Positions 7,691 to 14,542 of a DNA stretch of 62,494 nt are shown here, piece by piece. Each line of letters opens with the position of its first letter. The first letter of the stretch is position 1. This DNA is from Planctomycetota bacterium (GTDB lineage Bacteria > Planctomycetota > Phycisphaerae > SM23-33). Position numbers and translations under genes: made by a program. Below the pieces are notes generated by a model. The model made no database searches and was not told the origin of the DNA. It saw nothing but the letters and a program-made list of their open reading frames with translations. Location: positions 1 to 62,494 of the forward strand of contig JAPLNA010000206.1 in the NCBI GenBank assembly GCA_026693065.1. The letters run 5' to 3'.

Positions 7691-9169
7691 ATGCCCCTCT
7701 GGCCGCGCCGAACCTATCTGGATCACAACGCCTCGACGCCCCTGGCCCCCCAGGTCCGCCGGGCGATGGCGGCCTGCCTGAAGAATACGCACGGCAACCC
7801 CTCCTCCCTGCACATCGCCGGACGCTCCGCACGCGGGGCGGTCGAACGGGCCCGCCGTTCCGTGGCGGCCCTGCTGGGCTGCCAGAGCGAGGACCTCTAC
7901 TTCACCTCCGGCGGCACAGAGGCCAACAACGCGGTGATCAAGGGCGTCTGGTCGGCGGCGGGGGGCGGGCACGTCGTCACCACGCGGATCGAGCACGACT
8001 CGGTCCTGGGCGCCTGCGGGCAGGTGGAGAAACTGGGCGGGCGAGTGACCTACGTGCCCGCCGGCGCCGACGGGCGGGTGAACCCCCGCGCCCTCGCCGA
8101 CGCGATCCGCCCCGACACCGTGCTCGTGTCCGTCATGCACGCCAACAACGAGACCGGCGCGATCCAGCCCGTCGGGGAGATCGCCGCCCTCGCTCGCCAG
8201 GCCGGCGTCCCCTTCCACACCGACGCCGTGCAGACGTTCGGCAAGATTCCCACGCGGGTGGACGATCTGGGCTGCGAGTTCCTGACGCTGACGGCCCACA
8301 AGATCAACGGGCCCAAGGGGGCGGGCGCCTTGTACTGGCGGGGCAACGCCCGGTGGACGCCGCTGATCGCCGGCGGCGACCAGGAGCGGCGGATGCGAAC
8401 CGGGACCGAGGCCGTGCACCAGATCGTCGGGTTAGGCGCGGCCGCCGACCTGGCCGCGCGAGGGATGGACGGCCAACACCCTCGCCTGGCGGCGCTGCGA
8501 AAGATGATGATCGACGGCATCGGTCGTCTCTACCCCTCTGCCCGCATCAACGAGGCCCCCGAGGGCTGGCAGATGCCCGGCTCCGTCAATGCGACCTTTC
8601 CGGGCAAGAGCGGGCTGAGCATCCTGGCCGGGCTGGACTGCCACCAGGTGGCCGTGTCGATCGGATCGGCCTGCACCGCCGACCGGATCGAGCCCTCCCA
8701 CGTCCTGCTGGGCATGGGGCTCTCCGAGGCCGACGCCCTCTCCACCGTGCGGGTCAGCATGGGCGCGACGACGGTAGCCGCCGACGTGAAGTACTTCCTC
8801 TGGGCCCTCCAGCGGGTGCTTCGCGGCGATCCCGAGGGGCTGGCCTGGCTGCCGCCCGAGCACCTGACGGCCGAGCGGATCGCCGGGGCGTTCCTGATCG
8901 ACCTGCGCCTGCGATACGAGCGGATGATCGCCCCGGGGGTTCCGGGGGCGAAGCTCTGGTCGCACATCGGCATCGAGAAACGGTTCCGGGAGATTCCCCG
9001 CGACAGGGAGGTGATCCTGATGTGCACGACGGGGATTTTCTCCTTCGAGGCCGGCTATCGCCTCGCCGACGCGGGGCACCCCCGGGTGCGAGTGGTGTAT
9101 GGCGGGTACGAGGCCTGGAAGGCCCTCTATCCGGATCTGCTGGAACGCCTCCGGAGCGGCCCGGACTAA
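7691..9169 (+). CDS. Cysteine desulfurase (NifS/IscS class) fused to a C-terminal rhodanese-like domain
   Basis: YLDHNASTP, GNPSSLH, FTSGGTEANN, PLP-Lys context LTAHKINGPKG, persulfide Cys SIGSAC. The C-terminal ~120 aa carry VILMCTTGIFS (rhodanese-type Cys loop) and GGYEAW. Confidence 0.85.
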   Translation: MPLWPRRTYLDHNASTPLAPQVRRAMAACLKNTHGNPSSLHIAGRSARGAVERARRSVAALLGCQSEDLYFTSGGTEANNAVIKGVWSAAGGGHVVTTRIEHDSVLGACGQVEKLGGRVTYVPAGADGRVNPRALADAIRPDTVLVSVMHANNETGAIQPVGEIAALARQAGVPFHTDAVQTFGKIPTRVDDLGCEFLTLTAHKINGPKGAGALYWRGNARWTPLIAGGDQERRMRTGTEAVHQIVGLGAAADLAARGMDGQHPRLAALRKMMIDGIGRLYPSARINEAPEGWQMPGSVNATFPGKSGLSILAGLDCHQVAVSIGSACTADRIEPSHVLLGMGLSEADALSTVRVSMGATTVAADVKYFLWALQRVLRGDPEGLAWLPPEHLTAERIAGAFLIDLRLRYERMIAPGVPGAKLWSHIGIEKRFREIPRDREVILMCTTGIFSFEAGYRLADAGHPRVRVVYGGYEAWKALYPDLLERLRSGPD

Positions 9170-9193
9170 CCCGCCGCCGGGCCGGCCTGGAGC

Positions 9194-9655
9194 ATGGGAG
9201 ACGCGGCTATGAAACGTGTATGCGAGTTGTACATCCGGCACGCCGGCTGGATCGGGGCGGGCTTCTGCGCCGTGCCCACCGCGGCCTGGTTCGCCGTCCT
9301 GCTGCTGACGATCCCCTTCCGCGAGGTCTACCTCCTGCGCCTCGGGCTGTGCCTGCTGGTGGGCTCTCCGGTGGCGGCGTTTCTGAACCGCTACGGCGTG
9401 AACGCCTGGCTGGGCAAGCACCGCGGCCCAGCGGGCCCGGCCACCGTGCTGGACGGCGTGCTGATCGGCGCGGGGATTGGAATCGGCTCGACCCTGCTTC
9501 CTCCGTTGTCGGCCCTGATCTGCACCCATCACCTGGAAGAGGCCAAGACGTTCATCATCGCCTGCTACCTCGCCTTTACCCTGGCCGGCGCCCTCATGGG
9601 GGCCGCCCTGGCGGCGATCGGACGGCAATACGTCCCTCGCGCCCTGCCCGATTGA
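9194..9655 (+). CDS. Small hydrophobic membrane protein (about 4 predicted TM helices), function unknown
   Basis: ORF begins 24 nt after the desulfurase stop on the same strand. Hydrophobic stretches AGFCAVPTAAWFAVLLL, LGLCLLVGSPVAAF, GVLIGAGIGIGSTLL and IIACYLAFTLAGALMGAALAAI. Confidence 0.5.
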   Translation: MGDAAMKRVCELYIRHAGWIGAGFCAVPTAAWFAVLLLTIPFREVYLLRLGLCLLVGSPVAAFLNRYGVNAWLGKHRGPAGPATVLDGVLIGAGIGIGSTLLPPLSALICTHHLEEAKTFIIACYLAFTLAGALMGAALAAIGRQYVPRALPD

Positions 9656-9779
9656 CAACCCCCTGCCAAGCCCCCGCGAGTCAGACAGGCAGGCCATCGG
9701 GGCGCTCCCGCCGCGTGAAGGGCTGACTCCCGGCGTGCCGGGACTTCCTTGCTCTGGTTTTCGCCCTTCGGGCGAAGAC

Positions 9780-9854
<75 letters not shown>

Positions 9855-10184
9855 TGACGAAGAAGATTATCGCCGCCCCGGCGGGCGGAAGCAAGGACGG
9901 AGTGCGCCGGCAATGCCGCCCAATGCCGCGCCCGGGCGGGTGGGAACCGGTACGGGAAAAGGCCCGGAATCGCCCCGAAAAATGGCCGTTTTCGAGGCCC
10001 GGGAGGGCCTTGAGACTGGAAAACAAGCCCTCGGTGAAACACCCGAGGGGGGTAGGGAGAAAAATAGTCGAAAAAAACAGTGTTTTTTGTTTGCCCCGCG
10101 GGCGGGTGTGGTGTAGGACATGCGCAGTGGCCGAGGCATCGGCCGGGTACATATGGGTCATTCGTGATGAAAGGAAGCATGACA

Positions 10185-10493
10185 ATGGCAAAGAAACCGT
10201 TGACGAAGGGACAGATCGTAGCCGCTATCGCCGAGGCGACGGGGCTGACCAAGAAGCAGGTAGGCTGCTGCTTCGCGGCGCTGGCCGACGTGATCAAGAA
10301 GCAGGTCGGCAAGAACGGGCCGGGCGTCATCGCCGTGGCCGGGCTGATGAAGATCACCGTCCAGCACAAGCCGGCCGTCAAGGCTCGCAAGGGCATCAAC
10401 CCCTTCACGAAGGAAGAGGTGATGTTCAAGGCCAAGCCCGCTCGCAACGTCGTCAAGGTCCGCGCCCTCAAGGCCCTCAAGGACATGGTCTGA
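10185..10493 (+). CDS. hup: HU/IHF-family nucleoid-associated DNA-binding protein
   Basis: MAKKPLTKGQIVAAIAEATGLTKKQV...VAGLMKITVQHKPAVKARKGINPFTKEEVMFKAKPARNVVKVRALKALK matches the HU fold pattern (beta-arm with RxGxNP). GAAAGGAAG lies upstream of the ATG. Confidence 0.85.
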   Translation: MAKKPLTKGQIVAAIAEATGLTKKQVGCCFAALADVIKKQVGKNGPGVIAVAGLMKITVQHKPAVKARKGINPFTKEEVMFKAKPARNVVKVRALKALKDMV

Positions 10494-10529
10494 CCGTTCC
10501 GGGCTGACGAAAACCAGTAATCCGCATGA

Positions 10530-10562
10530 GCCGGCGATCCTCGCGATCGCCGGCTTCTTTTT
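10530..10562 (+). terminator. Rho-independent terminator after the HU gene
   Basis: Perfect 10-bp stem GCCGGCGATC / GATCGCCGGC with a 5-nt loop, followed by TTCTTTTT. Confidence 0.75.
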
Positions 10563-10812
10563 CGATCGCCCCCCCCAAAAGAAAGAAACGGAAAGACAAG
10601 TCGCGCGGGAATCGGGCGTACCGTTGTTTTGGCGTGTGTGGGCCGGGGAGGGGGTGCAGGGGAGCCGCCGCCGGGTCCCCCGCCAGCGGCAACCGTGTGC
10701 CCCCGTACGGAGTCCCGTTTTTCTGGGCGGTTTCCCGTTTCCCCTTGGCTACCGGCTCCTTTGGTTGCGGCCGAGACCGAAGGCTCGAGGCAGCGCCGGG
10801 GTCTTTGGGGAA

Positions 10813-10944
10813 CTAGTGATGGCGATGATGGTCGCTGCCGCAGCCGGCCAGGAACAGCCCCAGGGCCGCCAGGGTCAGCAGGAGCGGAAGAGCCGGAAGG
10901 ATCTTGCCTGTCCAACGCAACAGTGTCGCCTTGATGTGGGTCAT
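10813..10944 (-). CDS. 43-aa putative micro-lipoprotein with a His-rich 9-residue mature part
   Basis: Hand translation gives MTHIKATLLRWTGKILPALPLLLTLAALGLFLAGCGSDHHRHH*. GGAG lies 9 nt upstream of the ATG and there is an LAGC lipobox. The ORF is below the size cutoff of the supplied track. Confidence 0.4.
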   Translation of the reverse strand: MTHIKATLLRWTGKILPALPLLLTLAALGLFLAGCGSDHHRHH

Positions 10945-11031
10945 GGTTTGGATCTCCAAAAGTGTACGCCACGGCAGGCCGCCATAGGCCCGCTTCTCTT
11001 TGCTTCCATTGTAGCCGCCGGGCCCGCGAGT

Positions 11032-11550
11032 CTATAGCTTGCCAAGAATAATCCCGTGCGTCGGCGGGCTGGGCCAGAACGTCACCCAACTGTTGATCTT
11101 GACCTTGCGGGTGTCGGTGGGCTTGAAGGACAGCAACGAGACCACCAGCGGCACGCCGGCGTCGACGACGATGGTGTTGTGGGCGTCGTTCTCGACGACC
11201 TTGCCGTTGACGGGCGTGATCGTCTCGACCGTCCGCCGGCAGTAACTGATCCGCGGGCTCTTGCCCGCCGGGTACAGCTCGAACGTCGTCTCATCCCGCG
11301 TGCCGCTGTCCAGGGCGGCGGTGGCCACGTGGATGATCACCTCCAGCTCGTCGTCCAGGTGGATTCGCTTCTGGAGCGTCTTGCGGTGGGTGTCCAGCAA
11401 GACGAAGTCGATGTACGTGCCCGGCCGGTTGATGTCGCCGGTGGCCGGGGGAATCCGCAGCGTAAACAACGGTCCCACGGGCCCGGCGTTGTCGATCGCC
11501 ATCAGTCGCCCGCGCACGGCATATTGGCTGTCCGTAAGCAGCTTGGCCAT
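11032..11550 (-). CDS. Hypothetical protein (172 aa)
   Basis: The ATG at 11550 is preceded by GGAG (gcGGAGaccgatcATG). Amino-acid composition is balanced, unlike the Arg/Pro-rich upstream extension of the track ORF. I recognise no motif. Confidence 0.5.
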   Translation of the reverse strand: MAKLLTDSQYAVRGRLMAIDNAGPVGPLFTLRIPPATGDINRPGTYIDFVLLDTHRKTLQKRIHLDDELEVIIHVATAALDSGTRDETTFELYPAGKSPRISYCRRTVETITPVNGKVVENDAHNTIVVDAGVPLVVSLLSFKPTDTRKVKINSWVTFWPSPPTHGIILGKL

Positions 11551-11694
11551 GATCGGTCTCCGCAAAGAACGTCTCTTAAGCCTGTCGGCCCGGGGCCTCG
11601 CCGGCCGTGAGGGAAAACGGCCCGGGGCAGAGCGTTTGACCGCCACGTTCCCCGGGGGTAGAATGATGGTAGATAAACGCAAGGGATACAGATC

Positions 11695-11901
11695 ATGCGA
11701 GAAGTCGTCGTCTATCGCGGACAGGACGGGTATTGGGTCGCCGAGTGCCCGAGCCTTCCAGGCTGCATCAGCCAGGGCAAGGACAAGGGCGAGGCGATCG
11801 CTAACATCCGTGAAGCCATTGACGGGTGGATCGAGACCGCCAAAGCTCACGGCCAGCCGATACCCGATGAGACCTTCGACATCCACGTGGTCGCGGTATG
11901 A
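11695..11901 (+). CDS. hicB: HicB-family antitoxin (UPF0150)
   Basis: MREVVVYRGQDGYWVAECPSLPGCISQGKDKGEAIANIREAI is the classical HicB N-terminal domain pattern. It lies directly upstream of a hicA-like sequence. Confidence 0.85.
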   Translation: MREVVVYRGQDGYWVAECPSLPGCISQGKDKGEAIANIREAIDGWIETAKAHGQPIPDETFDIHVVAV

Positions 11902-12120
11902 GCAAGCTGCCCGTGGTCTCCCGGCCGGAAGCTGGTACGCGCACTCGAACGGGCTGGGTTCGCCTTGGATCGACAACGGGGCAGCCACATGATCCTTTTC
12001 CGTGCGAATCCGCCGACCACACTCACCGTTCCGGACCACCGCGAGTTGGACCGTGGAACCCTACGCGCGATTCTTCGCCAAGCCGACATCACGCCGTCGC
12101 AACTCGACAGCCTGCTCTGA
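11898..12120 (+). pseudogene. hicA: hicA mRNA-interferase toxin gene carrying a 1-nt frameshift after codon 8
   Basis: The ATG frame gives MSKLPVVS, then nonsense. The +1 frame gives GRKLVRALERAGFALDRQRGSHMILFRANPPTTLTVPDHRELDRGTLRAILRQADITPSQLDSLL*, a full HicA. An extra C in TCTCCCGGCC (about 11920-11923) explains the shift. Confidence 0.7.
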
Positions 12121-12156
12121 TCGGAACGAGGGCGCCGCATTGGAGGGCCTGACACC

Positions 12157-13197
12157 ATGCCGCTGAGCGAACGAGAGAATACGATCCGGAACGCCACATT
12201 CCGGGGGCATGAATGGATCCCGCAGTGCGTGGCCCTGAACGGGGCGTACTGGGGCGAGCATCGCGAGGCGCTGGAGGAGGTGTGCCTGAGGCACCCGGTG
12301 CTGTTTCCGGGGTTCCGCAAGGGGCAGGTCAATTTCGACGCCCACGTCCGAACGCCCGAGCAGAAGCGAGTCACGGATATCTGGGGGTGCCGCTGGGCGT
12401 ACGACATCGACGGCTTCGACGGGCAGGTGATCGCCCACCCGCTGGAGGACTGGTCGGCGATGGAGAGCGGGGCGTGGCAGCCGCCGCAGGCCCCCCCGTT
12501 CACCCAGGCCGACCGAGACCGGCTCGCCGCCCAGCGCGCCGCCGGAGAACTCACCTACGCCTGGACCGATCACGGGTTCGTCTTCATGCGGCTGTTCTAC
12601 CTGCGGGGGTTCGAGAACTTCCTGATGGACGTGGCCACGGAGGACCCGCGGCTGGACGCGTTGATCGAGAAGGTGATCGGCTACTGGGAGCAGACGCTGT
12701 TGCCGCGGATCGAAGCCGGCGTGGACGTGGTCAACACCGCCGACGACCTGGGCACGCAGACGGCGAGCATCCTCGGGCCCAAGTACTTCCGCCGGTATCT
12801 GCTGCCGGCGTATCAGCGAATCTTCCAGCCGGCGCGGCGGAAGGGCTCGCTGGTGAAAATGCACCACGACGGGTACATCATGGACGTGATGGACGAACTG
12901 ATCGAGAGCGGGGTGAACATCGTCAACCCGCAGGATCTGGTCAACGGGATCGACGCCCTGGCCGCCCACGTGAAGGGGCGGGCGTGCATCTGCCTGGACG
13001 TCGACCGCCAGAGCGTGCTGCCCTTCGGCTCCCCGGGCGACGTCCGCGACCTCATTCGCGAGGAAGTGATGAAGCTGGGCTCCCCGGCCGGGGGGTTGGA
13101 GATGATCATCGGCGTCTACCCCCCTACCCCGCTGGCGAATGTCGAGGCGATGATGTCGGCGATGGAGGAGTACAGGACGTATTGGGTGGGGAGGTGA
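12157..13197 (+). CDS. Uroporphyrinogen decarboxylase (URO-D)/MtaA-like family protein, paralog 1
   Basis: TIM-barrel URO-D-like pattern shared with 21321-22292 and 27718-28770 (DDLG.Q, H..G......dEL.e.GvN, C-terminal EA...A.EEY). The metal-ligand position reads HHDG instead of HSCG. Confidence 0.7.
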   Translation: MPLSERENTIRNATFRGHEWIPQCVALNGAYWGEHREALEEVCLRHPVLFPGFRKGQVNFDAHVRTPEQKRVTDIWGCRWAYDIDGFDGQVIAHPLEDWSAMESGAWQPPQAPPFTQADRDRLAAQRAAGELTYAWTDHGFVFMRLFYLRGFENFLMDVATEDPRLDALIEKVIGYWEQTLLPRIEAGVDVVNTADDLGTQTASILGPKYFRRYLLPAYQRIFQPARRKGSLVKMHHDGYIMDVMDELIESGVNIVNPQDLVNGIDALAAHVKGRACICLDVDRQSVLPFGSPGDVRDLIREEVMKLGSPAGGLEMIIGVYPPTPLANVEAMMSAMEEYRTYWVGR

Positions 13198-13209
13198 CTG
13201 TCCATCGTC

Positions 13210-13333
13210 AGGGAAGACCTCCCGGCGGGGACACAAAACAACAAACGAAATCATCTTCTCGATTTCGTTTGTTGTTTTGTGTCCCCGCCGAGGGGTTTTC
13301 CCGAGGAGCGACGTTCCGTCGCCCGCTAAACAG
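13210..13333. repeat. Intergenic repeat element, copy A, containing a perfect 30-bp hairpin
   Basis: 13223-13252 (CGGCGGGGACACAAAACAACAAACGAAATC) is exactly complementary to 13261-13290, with an 8-nt loop. The flanking GCGACGTTCCGTCGCC.GCTAAAC is also shared with copy B. Confidence 0.85.
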
Positions 13334-13462
13334 GAGAGGATGCATACCCGTGAGGGAACTTCCCCCGGCGCCGCCCACAAAAACGTTTGTCTTCTTCGCC
13401 TGATATATGATGAAATAGCACACTGAAAACCCCCGCGCCGCGGGCGGATAAGGAGATGGACC

Positions 13463-14542
13463 ATGACGGAAACCCTGGCGCCCCCGCCGCCGCCTTCACC
13501 CGAACGCATCGTACCCATCGTCCTGCCCGAGCCGCCCCGCAAGCGAGGCATCGGACGGTTCCTGCTGCGGCTGTTCGTGGGAGCGATCCTGGTCGGTTCG
13601 ATCCTGCTGAACCTGGCGCTGCTGTCGCTGGTGGCGATATCGATCGCCACCCCGTTCCAGACCGAGACGACACGGCACGGGGCCCAGAACCAGACCATCG
13701 CGGTCTACACCGTCAGCGGCGTGATTGACGGGGCCCAGGCGGCGCGGTTCGAGGCCTTCTGCGATCTGGTTCGCCCCGACCGCAACGTGAAGGCCGTCGT
13801 CCTCCGCGTGGACTCCCCTGGCGGCGGCGTGAGCGAGTCCGACCAGATGCATAACCAGGTCCAGCGGCTGCAGAAGGCCGACAAGAAGGTGATCGTGTCG
13901 ATGGGCGGGCTGGCCGCCAGCGGGGGGTACTACATCTCCGCCGGGGCCGACGAGATCCTCGCCGAGGAAACCACCACCACCGGCAGCATCGGCGTGCTGG
14001 CGATGTGGGTGACGCTCCGGGGCACGCTCCAGAAGATCGGGGCCGAGCCCATCCTCATGCGAAGCACCCACGCCAAGGACTGGAAGGTGGCCATGAACCC
14101 GATCGACCCGCCCACGGAACGTCAGCGGGCGCACATCCAGGACCGGCTGGACGACATGCAGAAGCGGTTCGAGAAGGTCGTCACGGACGGGCGGGGAAAG
14201 AAGCTCAAGCCTCACAAGGCCGCCCAGACCGTCGTCGTCGAGAACGGCGGAGAACCCAAGCAGACGGACGAGATCGAGCCCTTCAACGGGAAGGTGTACG
14301 GCCCGGACGAAGCGATGGCGTTGGGGCTGGTGGACGCCAAAGGCTACCTGGACGAGGCGATCGAGCGGGCGAGCGCGCTGGCCGGGCTGGGCGATCCGCG
14401 CGTGATCGTCTACAAGAACCGCCCGACGCTGGCGGCGTTGCTTCGCGGGGGCCAGGAAGGTTCGGCGGGCCTGGGCGTCAGCCGCGAACTCATCGACGAC
14501 CTGCAGACGCCGCGGATCATGATGATGTGGAAGGCCCAATGA
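13463..14542 (+). CDS. sppA: Signal peptide peptidase SppA (S49 family, 36K type)
   Basis: N-terminal TM segment, then VLRVDSPGGGV, MGGLAASGGYYIS and TTGSIGV, the ClpP/crotonase-fold S49 signatures. Confidence 0.85.
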   Translation: MTETLAPPPPPSPERIVPIVLPEPPRKRGIGRFLLRLFVGAILVGSILLNLALLSLVAISIATPFQTETTRHGAQNQTIAVYTVSGVIDGAQAARFEAFCDLVRPDRNVKAVVLRVDSPGGGVSESDQMHNQVQRLQKADKKVIVSMGGLAASGGYYISAGADEILAEETTTTGSIGVLAMWVTLRGTLQKIGAEPILMRSTHAKDWKVAMNPIDPPTERQRAHIQDRLDDMQKRFEKVVTDGRGKKLKPHKAAQTVVVENGGEPKQTDEIEPFNGKVYGPDEAMALGLVDAKGYLDEAIERASALAGLGDPRVIVYKNRPTLAALLRGGQEGSAGLGVSRELIDDLQTPRIMMMWKAQ

